Shown here piece after piece: positions 1 through 11,328 of a stretch of DNA of 64,000 nucleotides. The stretch's first letter is position 1. Each line of letters starts with the position of its first letter. The stretch is from Vitrella brassicaformis CCMP3155 (taxonomy: Eukaryota; Protista; Chromerida). A program made the translations under genes and the position numbers. The notes under the pieces are model-generated. The model made no database searches, was not told the DNA's origin, and worked only from the letters and a program-made list of their open reading frames with translations. The stretch lies in NCBI GenBank assembly GCA_001179505.1, contig CDMY01000164.1, positions 116,852 to 180,851 of the forward strand, given 5' to 3'.

Positions 1-1285
1 GCATGCCCGTAGCACCTGTTGGGCAGCCAGGGCCACTCGGACACCTGCAGACCATGAGAGGGATCGGGTATGTGCATGAGCCTTTTATGGAATCAGTACA
101 GGAGTACCGGATTGGAATCAAGCGGCTCCAGGTAGGCAATCATCACACATAAGAGGTCTTATCTGTGCGTGTGCAGGCACCAATGGTGTCCTTCTCTCTT
201 TGGTTTTAGGGTGTGCTCACGTCGCGTGGCTGCCGCAAGGCGTTGACGAGGCTCGACGTGGAGATCCCGCCATTCGAGAACCACCACAGCCTCTCTGCCC
301 TCCTGGATGTCGACGGGTTCGTCAGCACCTGCTGCGCGCGACCCGACGTCCCCGTCCCCACCACCGTAGAGAAGTATGCAAGCTTCGAGCTGTCACTCTT
401 CTACGCCGATGACTTCCCCGCTCGCCCATCCCGCTTCATCAAGACGGCCATCCAGGAGGCGGCGAAGCAGGCGCGGTACGTGACCTACACCATCAGCCAG
501 CAAGACCTCACCCACCCCGTCGACAGCCCCAGCCAGACGACGATCGACATTGTGAACAGCCTTTCATTCGACAAGGCACATATCGTGACGGTCGAAAATG
601 CCCGTGGCTTCGTTCCCCTTCCCGGCACCCCCTCCCGAGCTTCCGCCATCATCGAACACCTGCAGCAGTTCCCAACGGCCGAAGACCCGTGCAGTCTGTG
701 GGTCAGGAGTAGTGTGGGCGGTACTCCGGGACGCCTGCTGGCGCAGAAGATGCCCAGGGAGGTCGGGACCGTGCCGTTTGATCAAGATGAGAGCAGAGAG
801 GATAGACGCCTTATGCTGGAGGCGCTGGGGGAGGGGAGGGAGGTGCGCACTGTCCGTGTGGGTCATTGGAAGGGGGATCCGATCAGTCTCGCTCACCGCG
901 GGCCCTTTGAAGGGTGGGGGTCGCCAGGATCGCCAGCTATTCGCGACATACACATTGACTTCTCAGGTATGCTGCCGGGAGGGCAGTGAGTGCGCCTTTC
1001 GGTTCACTTGTGTGTCCTTCCGCCTTGTCTGTGTGTCGTCATTCAGTGTCCGATGAGCTGGAGCCCCTTGCTGCTGCCGAGCTCGTCCGCGACAGCCTGG
1101 CAACTTTGCTCAATGCTGGCGTGCGCGGCCTGAGGCGTGTGGTGGTGTTGCTGCCGATGCAACACGACCTTGACGGCGCCATTCGACAGCTGCTTCCCGA
1201 CAAAGTGGAGATCGGCGACTTCACTATCATCACCGATCCTCGGCGAACTCGGTGGACAGTGGTAGAGGCACATCGTATTGGCTGA
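1..1285 (+). CDS. 3' part of a lineage-specific multigene-family protein (paralog of 14617-17290); exons <1-131, 210-966, 1047-1285
   Basis: GT-AG introns 132-209 and 967-1046 join one open frame (..PVAPVGQPGPLGHLQT..KRLQ/GVLTSRGCRKALTRLDV..IDFS/VSDELEPL..AHRIG*). It aligns with 16812-17290 (PVAPAGQPGPLRHLQT..RRLQ/DVLTSRGCRKSLTRLDV) and the intron position is shared. Confidence 0.8.
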
Positions 1286-1499
1286 TGAGAGGGTGAGAGA
1301 GACAGACAGACAGAGAGACAGACACTGTCTTGTTTGTCACTTTGTCCATGGCACATGTGTGTGTTGTGTGTCTGCATGTGTGTGTCAGGCTGTCTGTCTG
1401 CCACCCAGCTGTGTGATGTGAGTACGGCCGCGGAGAGAGACTTTCGTGATGCGTGTGTGCTCACGTTAGTGACAACTGGATGGATGGATGGATGGATTT

Positions 1500-2920
1500 G
1501 CGTGTACATTCAGACGGACCTGACGCTGTGCGTCAACTGTGCCTGCAGCGATTGAACTGCTTTCGGTTTTCCAGAGACATGACGCATAATGCATGAGAAT
1601 GGGCAGTCAGGAGTCTGTTGTCATCAGACAGCCACCCTCCCGTCGGCGCATGCGCACCCAAAAGGACAAGGCAGCAGAGAAGCGCACACACAGGAAGGCC
1701 ACGACGAAGCCACGGGAGCACACCATGCACCGTCTCGTTGTTCGCGTTGTGTGTGTGTGCGGATCGATCTGTTTGGCACTCACACATTCTGCACACACAA
1801 GTCAGTCAGTCCATGTCGGTCGTCTCTTCACCGCAATCACATGAGCATCTGCATCACACCTTCGCTTCACTGTGGTCCGCTCGCATCGCATGAAGGTGTC
1901 AGTCAGTCAGTGAGTGAGCCAGCAGTCCGTCCGTCCACACAAACACAGTGAGTGCACGCCTCAGCCGTCTGACACCGACCGACAGGCAAAGGCAGACAGA
2001 CGGAGTTGTCGAGCTCCTCGGAGGAACACACACACACAGATACGCACAGATATGGTATGTGTTGGCAGCCGGCTAGACGGGGAACGAATCGACACCGACG
2101 AACATACGCACACACACATATACGCCGCCAGCAGACACCACTTAGATGGGCGAGTGAATGCACTCCCACACAACACACACACACACAGTCTCCCTCCCCA
2201 TTCGCCTGTGTGTGGCCCATTGCACTGTCTGGCGTCACGCCAGCCGACCGATCGGCAAAACTGCAGTCCGCAGCACAGCAGATCTGAACGAAATTCACAC
2301 CACACACAAGACAGCAATATGTCATTGATGACGTGCTCTGGTTGGCAGGTCTCAATTGTGATGCCGCGCCCACTCACTCACCGCTGCGCATGGATGGCCG
2401 GATGACCGAAGGCCCGCAAGGTGGTCGCCTTGCCACACAGAGTAGGTGTGTTTCAGCCCATTCACCATCTGCACAACGCCAGCCAGCCATTGACACACAC
2501 CGATGTCCATTGAGAGCATTCATGACACCAATAGAGAGACGTGTGTGGGTGCTGACTGACCGGCCTGTGTTGGCTGTGGTGGTGCTGTCCTCTTTGGCAG
2601 GCTCAGGCGCACCACCACAGGCCTGGCCGTTGGCCATCACCAAGGAAGCACAAAGGCCAGACAAACAGGTCCTCTGCACATCCGCTCATGAGCCCATCAA
2701 ATAGAGCCCACGGGTCACTCCCACGTCCAAAAGGGATGCCATCAAGAGAACGCAGTGCATGGAGTGGTCCAACATACGCAGGGATAGTGAATGGGCCGCC
2801 AGTGTGCCCGCTCTCGATGGGAGGCTGTGTGCATGTCGGCTCACTTGTTGTCTGTGAGGCTTGCGCAGCCGCCAGAGTGAGAACTTGAGCAGTTTGTCCA
2901 TGTCCAATCCATGCTGCCGG
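1500..2920 (-). CDS. possible multi-exon gene of unknown function
   Basis: Minus-strand donor/acceptor-like signals flank short open segments (MDKLLKFSLWRLRKPHRQQ; RTCLSGLCASLVMANG..). No recognisable domain; boundaries are uncertain. Confidence 0.25.
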
Positions 2921-4290
2921 GTGGCCACTGTGCCAGCTGAGCTGACGGCTGGCTCCTGCAGAAAGGCGCCCTTTGCAGCAGCGGGGCCATGTGAGGCGAC
3001 ACAACGTCAAGGAGTGGAAAGGGATGAATCGAATGGCCTTTTCTCGCTTCTGTCCTCCTCCCTGTCTGCTGGCCGTCTTAGATCTTCGCAGAAACGGCCG
3101 CCCTTCTCTGCCTTTCTCAGCGGCAAAACAGATCGGAAGCTCGCAGTGGCGGCGAGGGAAGGAGGGAGAACAAGGACGCCAACAGCTTCGTTGATAGGAC
3201 CACTGCCCGCGGCTGATCGCATCTGCTCTCGAATGTGGTCATCGGACGGAGTGTTGAATTTGAAATGAAAAGGGATGAAGGAGAATCCCAAATGGCGGCT
3301 TCGAAGGGCCCTTCTGATGTTCTTCTCCGCAAACCACAGCGATGCTGGCAGCCATAACGTGTCAGTGACTGTTCGGCAGCACGACGGCGGACGTGGCTAC
3401 CCCCACTCAGCAGTCAGACGTGGCCTCCGAGTCGGCAGGATGGTCTTCTTGGCTCTGCTTCTCTTCGTCGCCCCTTTACTTGGCTATCGGCGGTGGCTGG
3501 TCCGGCACAATGGGACGACAATGCGCAGCGGCTCATCGTCAACAGCATCTCTCAGCAGCAGCCTCGGCACTGCACTCATTGCATCCGGGAGATCGCCTCA
3601 ACACAAAAGGGACGCACTCTCGAGCTCCCACGCCCCGACACCCCGACCACTGCTGCAGTACTTGCTCTCCTGGCTGTTTCAAACACAAAAGCCAGACGAA
3701 CAGGTCCTCTGCACATCCGCTCATGAGCCCATCAAATAGAGCCCACGGGTCACTCCCACGTCCAAAAGGGATCCCATCAAGAGAGCGCAGTGCATGGAGT
3801 GGTCCAACATACGCAGGGATAGTGAATGGGCCGCCAGTGTGCCCGCTCTCGATGGGAGGCTGTGTGCATGTCGGCTCACTTGTTGTCTGTGAGGCTTGCG
3901 CAGCCGCCAGAGTGAGAACTTGAGCAGTTTGTCCATGTCCAATCCATGCTGCCGGTGGGCCCTCTGACAGCTGGGCTGACGGCTGGCTCCTGCAGAAAGG
4001 CGCCTTTTGCAGCAGCGGGGCTCTCCATGTGAGGCGACACGTCAAGTCAACGGAACAGAAAGGGATGAATCGAATGGCCTTTTCTCGCTTTTTTACTCCT
4101 CCCTGTCTGCTGGTCGTCTTAGATCTTCGCAGAAACGTCCGCCTTTCTCTGCCTTTCTCAGCGGCAAAGCGATCGGAAGCTCGCAAGGAGAAGCAAGGGA
4201 AGGAGGAAGAAAAGGAGGAGGGGCAGGACCACTGCACGCGGCTGATCGCATCTGCTCTCGAATGTGGTCATTCAACGGAGTGCGATGATA
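2650..4290. repeat. local tandem duplication (period about 1035 bp) containing copies of the GT92 upstream/5' region
   Basis: 2650-2920 recurs at 3685-3955. 2925-3620 matches 7875-8580, and 3950-4290 matches 7875-8215. Confidence 0.9.
3275..3739 (+). pseudogene. 5'-only duplicate of the GT92 gene (TM anchor and start of stem, no catalytic domain)
   Basis: MKENPKWRLRRALLMFFSANHSDAG..RSPQH is near-identical to the first ~110 aa of ORF 8240, then switches into repeat-derived sequence. Confidence 0.85.
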
Positions 4291-4443
4291 TTTGCCCCGT
4301 GGCTCTTCCTCTATGGCGGCAGATCTGATGCCGGTGCGCAGCACATTGCCCATGAGGGCACAGAACACCGACACAAAAAGCACACTGTCCGTGCTGTATC
4401 TGTGTGGCTGTGCTTTGTCAGGATATAGAGCTGCCTGGATCTG

Positions 4444-6304
4444 ATGGCGAGTAGCGGAGCAGGACCAACGGTGAGTGAGCACCCATACGTGATGACCACA
4501 CAGCATCCATTGGGTACGTCACGTGGGCCGGGGTGTGTGTGTGTGTGTGTGTGTGTGTGTCAGTCGGTCCCCAGCAGGTGTTGGTTGGCGGGCTTGCCTG
4601 AGGATGTGGAGAGCTAACTGCTGGCCTCCCTCACGGCCGACGACTGCGGCCAACTCCGGGCCTCATCCAAGAGCGTTGGCTGCGAGCTGATCAGCGAGGC
4701 CTACCTGACGGACCGACTCGACGCAGCTATCCGCGAGAAGGGCCTCAGTGGAGTGCTGACGTACCAGAAGCGCTGCGAGACGGTCCTGCTGCTTCTGCTG
4801 CAGTGGATCGCGGCCATTGTCAGAGGTGTTTTCACTGTCGTTCAAGCTGCCGTGGGCCTGAGCGCTCTCAGCGTCGTTTATAACCTCATCTTCCTCCGTA
4901 CCCGCGCCCTGATCCGTCCACCACCGATTGACTTTCTGCTGCAGCCGCTGGATGCATTACCGTGGATTCAGTGGAGCATCAAGCTGCTTGTCAAGGGGAT
5001 CATCAAGCTGGCTGTCTCCTTTCTTACCTGGGTCGTCCCGCCCCTCGTGGTTGAAACGGTCGTTCGATTACTGGGAGAGGCGTCCTTCATCGTTCGAGCG
5101 TATAGGCAGTGTTGGGTGGCGTTTGGTGACTTAGGCAACCTTCTGCGGTCCGTCGCTCGCTCTGTCAGGAGCGGGTTGCGTGTGGCGCTGGCGATCGGCA
5201 GAATAGTCCTCGAGTGTTTTATGGCGCTGCTTCTCATCGATGGGATCCAGATCACCTGGCTCTGGGCCAGCGAGGACTTTTTGGTGCGGCTGGGAGAGGA
5301 GATACTGGTTCTTGGACAGCTGGGCGTCCCCCCGCCGCTCATCCCTGTGGTCATCCGATGGCTGCGCTGCACCTTGTCGCCGGTCTGCTTGGTCATAATA
5401 TGCCGTCTAATCTGGAGTGAGCTGACGCATGTGCTGCTGCCAATCGACAGCAGAGTGGGGTATCTGTTGCGGCTGCTGTACGTGATCGAGGAGGGCGGCT
5501 GCTGGGACCGATGCGTGTCGCTCATCCACTACCTCAGGAACAGCAGCCGCCTCCCCTCTCTGCCCATCGTCATCACGGCATACGATCTGCAGCAAACGGG
5601 CGGCCGAGCGGTGTTCAGCTCGCGACCACAGGCGGTCCGTCAGTACTCGCTATTTGGCCACCGTCTCTCGATCATTGGCCGGTGTGTGGGTCTCATGTGT
5701 GTCAACGGCCGCGACTATCTGGGCGGCTCAGCAGACAGCGATGCGCTGACGTACGTCAGCATCGATTTGACTGATCGCGACCCGCCGACCAAATGTGAGC
5801 AGAGCAGCAGGGAGAGCAAACACACACATGAGGGGGACGGCGGAGAGAGAGGTGAATGAACGTGTGAATCGTTTGTTTCGCGTCTGCTTTCTGTCTGCAG
5901 GTGGCAGGGACGTATTCTCTTCCTTCACGGACGCCATCGTCTTCCTGGGCGATGTGTACAGCGGGATGGACCCCCGGCTGCGCCCCCACTTCACCCACCC
6001 AAGTGAACTCATCACTCCACCTCCCACCCAGTACCGGCTCACGGAAGACATCATACTGCACTCACGGGGCAAGTGGAATGGCTGCCGCAAAGCGGGCGCG
6101 TGGTGGGTCAACAACGCAAATTTGCTGCGCCATTCGGCGACCTTCATTCTGTGTGGGGACAAGGCGGCTGATGAGTTTCTTGTCTCCGTCGACCAACGTC
6201 TTCAGATCTGCACCACCGAGCCCCCTGTGGCTTGGAAGCGCCGCCCAGATGAGCGTTACCCTCGCACAGCCGCACTCATCCGCGAGAAGGTGGTGGCCGC
6301 ATAG
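4444..6304 (+). pseudogene. lineage-specific F-box-like/multi-TM family gene with a premature TAA at 4615-4617; exons 4444-4470, 4564-5794, 5901-6304
   Basis: ATG 4444, introns 4471-4563 and 5795-5900 (GT-AG). The F-box-like N-terminus LAGLPEDVES*LLASLTADDCGQLRASSK is in frame with ORF 4753-5859, which has hydrophobic segments. Confidence 0.65.
4534..4560. repeat. (GT)n microsatellite upstream of an intron acceptor; a similar tract lies at about 10178-10201
   Basis: Pure GT dinucleotide run followed by CAG. Confidence 0.9.
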
Positions 6305-8239
6305 CGGGCGGCCTTCTGCCTATATAGGGGCACAGAGAGGGAGGGGGGCGGGGGTAGGTGAGTGTAGGTGAGTGGGTGAGGGTAGTGCGAGAAGGAAGTG
6401 CTGGTTTAAGTCTCTACTTGTGCATGAGATGGTGCACGAATTGGGTGCAGCGGTTGTGTGTTCCGGGCTGCCTTTGGACAGACAGGCAGACAGACAGACA
6501 GTGCAGCGGGTGGTGGCCTTAGCAATCTGGATGATCTACTTGAGTAGAGAGGGCGGGGAGGGGCGTGTGCATTTCTGTTGTGATGCTTGTTCGTTCGTGG
6601 GACTTTTTGTGCATCAATCGGTTCTTCCGGTCGCTCTAGCTGGTGAGGCACATGCCGACTCACTGTGCATGCACCCATGGGGCACATTCGAATTAATGTC
6701 AGTCACCGCATGGCCTTCCTTCTAGCTAAGCCCATCTGTCCACCAGATGCCGTTGTCTTCGATCGTGGACGGTCGTGTGGTTCTGACTGATTTATGGCTG
6801 CGTTGCTCCCGCTGACGTGGACATTCACTGCCTCCCTCTCCATGTCAGTCAGTGTGTGTGCGTGCGTCTGGATGCTGTAAACAGTGAATGGCTGGCTCGT
6901 CGGCCGCATGGCATGGCTCCTGCCATTTGGATTGTTTCTGCCAGTACGTCGCTTGCGATCACGTCTAAGATATATTCATTCCGAAGCCGACTTACTTACC
7001 ACCAACCAGCTGCTAGCACACACAGCACAAACACGAGACACGGACGATCACATGACACAGCCTCGATCAACGCACCGATGGGCGGAGGGCACCAAAGGCG
7101 AACATGGGATAAGCCTGCAGGCCGACGCACACGCACACACACACACTGAGAAAGAGAGACGTGTGCGTGCGGCATGAGAGGCATGACATGAGTCGATGGG
7201 CATGGTCACTGACTGGCCTGATGGTAGATGTATGTTGGTGTGTAGACAGGCACTGTCATGGCGGTCGGTGTGGGCGGCCATATCACTGTCCTGTCGACAC
7301 TATTCAGCGCGGGTACCTGCACAAAGACATCCCATACAAACAAAGGTGACAGCGATGTGATGATCAGTGGGTGGTCCCCATTGGCTGCTCGTGTGTTACA
7401 CTCCACACCTGTCCACTGGCCCAGGTTGGGGGGGAAGCCATCTGACTTGGCCAGGGGGTGGTGGGCCTGGCGGTGGCAGACCACGCATAACATCAGCAGC
7501 GTACGGCACCTGCACCCACACAGAGACACAAGTGGGTCGGTCAGCCATATGTGCAAGTGTGGCCGCCGTGTCTCTCACTGCTGCCTGTGGATGAACAGCC
7601 TTGGGACTGACATGGTGAATGGTTGTCACAAAGGGTCGGCTGTGTGGGCCTGGGGTCTTCTCCATCTCTGCACTCGGCGCCGCCACTCGCAGATCCACAC
7701 CACGCTGAACCTGAGCTCGCGTGGCATGTCGGGCCCTGAGCAATGACGCCTCAAGGAGATGGGTTCAGACATACAGGCCGCTGATTTGCTCTTTGCGAGG
7801 CGCCGAAACAGACCGAATTGATGACCGCAAAGGGGCCGAGTACACCTCCTGGCGCACTTGGCAGAGAACTTGAGCCGGTGGGCCACTGTACCAGCTGGGC
7901 CGACGGCTGGCTCCTGGAGAAAGGCCCCCTTTGCAGCAGCGGGGCTCTCCATGTGAGGCGACACGTCAAGTCAACGGAACAGAAAGGGATGAATCGAATG
8001 GCCTTTTCTCGCTTTTTTACTCCTCCCTGTCTGCTGGTCGTCTTAGATCTTCGCAGAAACGTCCGCCTTTCTTTGCCTTTCTCGGCGGCAAAACAGATCG
8101 GAAGCTCGCAGTGGCGGCGAGGGAAGGAGGGAGAACAAGGAGGCCACCAGCTTCGTTGATAGGACCACTGCCCGCGGCTGATCGCATCTGCTCTCGAATG
8201 TGGTCATCGGACGGAGTGTTGAATTTGAAATGAAAAGGG

Positions 8240-10318
8240 ATGAAGGAGAATCCCAAATGGCGGCTTCGAAGGGCCCTTCTGATGTTCTTCTCGGCAAACC
8301 ACAGCGATGCTGGCGGCCATGACTTGTCAGTTACTGTTCGGCAGCACGACGGCGGACGTGGCTACCCCTTCTCAGCAGTCAGACGTTGCCTGCGAGTCGG
8401 CAGGATGGTCTTCTTGGCGGTGCTTCTCTTCGTCGCCTCTTTACTTGGCTATCGGCGGTGGCTTGTCCGGCACAATGGGACGACAATGCGCAGCCACACG
8501 TCGTCATCAGCACCTCTCAGCAGCAGCCCCGGCGCCACACTCATTGCATCCGGGAGATCAGCTCAACACGAAAGAGGCCCAGATCGTCACGGTGCTGCAA
8601 CGGTCGGGTTGTCGCTGCAAGGAGAGGAGCTGTCATTCGTCGAGGGCTTTGTCACGACCGACAGGGCATCGGAAGGCGACTGGCAGGCCCTCCCCATCCC
8701 CTCTGAAGCGGCGAATCGCAAGGGCTATCTGTACGTCTATCGGGCCTACTGGGACACCCGCATGGCCGAGCCGTCGGTGCGCATCATTGGGATGGCTCCC
8801 CTCAATCGCACGGGGCCGCTGGCGGCTCTTGATGACCTCAAGTGTCGGCTGAAGACGGCTACTGGTGATGGGGAGGAGGGGCAGACGATCGTCGACACGC
8901 CGGCGGTGACAGAGCGGCTGCCTGAGCACCACAACAAGACCTATGCGGCGCATTTCTTATTCTGTGGTGGCTCGCCCGCTGTGAGGGCTCCTACTGAAGT
9001 GGAGCTCTTCTTTGACCTTCCGTCCTCGAGCCGTATTGAGATGCCGGTCAGGTGAGAATGACGTCATGTGACCACGTAGGTCGGCCCTTATTTGTCTTGT
9101 TTTCTGCTTGCTGCAGGATTTTGTATCCCTTGTCAGGGAGTGAAGCCACGCCAGGCTCGTCACCGCGGGAGCTCTCTGTGTGTGTGCGTCCCTGGTGGGG
9201 CGTGCCCAAGACACTCACACGCCATCCACCAGCCACCGGCGAGACCCCCGATGCATCGCCGTCAGCAATGGAGGTCTACGATGATGCAGACGCGCTGACT
9301 GAGTTCGTTGAGCTGTGGCGACTGCTGGGGGCGCGGTTCTTCACCTTCTATGAGAGTGCGGTGCCTGTGAGTGGTGCTGTGGTGCGGCTGCTGGAGCACT
9401 ATGTGCGCGAGGGGCTGCTTGAGGTGGTGCCCTATCGGCTGCCGAGTGCAGTCCTTCCCTTCTATGAAGTGTGGGACTTCGCGCAGAATGCCCTCGTCCA
9501 GGACTGCTACCTCAGGCGAATGGACAGCAGGTGGGCGACATGAGAAGGGCATGTGTGGCCACCTGCACAGCTGCCTATCTGATTGTTGCCAGATACCTGG
9601 CGCTCGTCGACACAGACGAGTTCATTCTGCCCAGTGATAACGCGACAGTGTCGCCCGGCCTCCCCCCTCCGCCCCTCCCTGCCCTCCTGGACTCCATCCG
9701 TGCCCAAGAGGTCAATGCAGGCAATGGCGCCGTCGGCGCATTCCGCTTCTACACTTATTTCTTCTTCACCGAATGGCCGACCGACGGGCTGTCTTCGCAG
9801 TTCGCCACCCAGAGGTTCACCCGCCGCACTGAGCTCGCCGGGCTGATTGGGAAGCCCAAGAGCCGCACCAAGTGCATCATCATGCCCAGATGAGTCGCCA
9901 GCATGGTGAGTTGGCTACGGCAGATGGAGAGACTATAGGGGAGAGGCCATCCATCGTGTCTGTGTTTGGTTTGTGTGTTTGGTGGGGGATGTTTGCAGGG
10001 TATTCACAATCCGCAGAAGATGCTGGGGAGGCGGCGGAGCATGATGATGCCGCCCACTGTGGCCAAGCTGCACCACTACCGCAGTGCCCTCGGGGCCGTC
10101 GACAACAACTCTAAGAAGACCGACTTCACCGTGAGCCACCACTGACCCACTCACTCACCCTTTTGGCACCGATGGATGTGTGTGTGTGTGTGTGTGTGTG
10201 TCAGGATCTGTTTGAGGCCCCGCCTGTCACCGACAGCCAGGCGCTCAAGTATGGCCGGGCACTGCAGGAGGCCGTGACCCTGACAAAGAGGGCAATGGGT
10301 AGGAGTGGGATGGGATAG
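8240..10318 (+). CDS. glycosyltransferase family 92 (DUF23), type II membrane protein, with an in-frame TGA at 9891-9893; exons 8240-9051, 9117-9530, 9593-9905, 9999-10130, 10205-10318
   Basis: N-terminal TM segment and GT92-type motifs LSVCVRPWWG, FVELWRLLGARFFTFY, QNALVQDCY, YLALVDTDEFILP (DxD), KCIIMPR*VASM/GIH, KLHHYR. All introns are GT-AG and phase-consistent. The exact start Met is uncertain. Confidence 0.85.
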
Positions 10319-11328
10319 CGACAGATGAGTGTGTGGAGGATCTGTTGCGGGCTTGTTGCCCTCTCACTGAGTCATGTGGATATCTCTGTGCGTATGTGTG
10401 TCTGTGCATATGGGAGGGCGTGCTGTGACGCACACTGCCACTGTGTCGATACCGTGATGAATGTCTGACCCTCGAGGACTCTTTCGGTGCTGGCCACTCC
10501 AATGACCAGTGAATTCCTTAGTTGCAGCTTCTGGTCACTGCTTCGTTAGCGTTGAAGATGTCTGTCGGTGTGCCCGTACCTGTATCTTTCTCTGCGTCTC
10601 TCTCCCGCTCTCTCTCCCACTGATTTGGATGGCTGCTCCATCGGGCTGCTAATGATGTGAAGGCCACACAGACTGACCAGCCCTGGCTGCCTTATATTTG
10701 TGACGACTTACCGCACTCTGTCTGTCTGTCTGTCTGTCTGTCTGTCAGGTGCGACAGCCCGGCTGTGGTCTGCCCGTCTCTCTCCGTGTGGTTTGTTGCC
10801 ATTCATTCGCATCGACGGCGTGGCTCTGCTGTTTGCCTTCGTGCCACCTGCACATGAGGCATGCAGCAGAGCCACGCCAACGAATGGATGCGGGATGCCC
10901 CACACGCCACATATTCATCTGCAGACCAGACCGGCTGTGTGGGTGGGTGGGTCATGACTGTCGATGGACGCTACATGCCTCTGTGTGTGAAGGACCGTGT
11001 GTATCAAATGAGCATCGAGATGAGAGTGCGTCGGTATTGTCTGCACAGCCTCACACACGGAGGCATGCGACGCGCCACACACATGGAAGTCCGTCGATAA
11101 AGGGATAGGTTCCATCGGCTGGCTATAGACATGAAGACACACACATTGATAGAGAGAATCCTCTGCGATCGCTTAAATGCATCCGCCGCCCCCAGTGGTC
11201 TGATAGAGACTGTGTGCACACCGACAGCCAAAAACGAGTCGCCCCCTTCCATATACACACACATGGGATGTGTGTCTGCACCGGCGGCGCTAAAGCACTC
11301 GGCCATGCGACATGTCAATGCAGCGCTA

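Noticed and set aside
6300-7960. Minus-strand gene upstream of GT92
   Set aside because: Some splice-like signals are present, but I could not assemble a consistent frame or domain.
9891-9893. Selenocysteine codon in GT92
   Set aside because: The position corresponds to a non-Cys residue in the KC..P..V..MGIH motif and no SECIS was identified. CGA>TGA is simpler.
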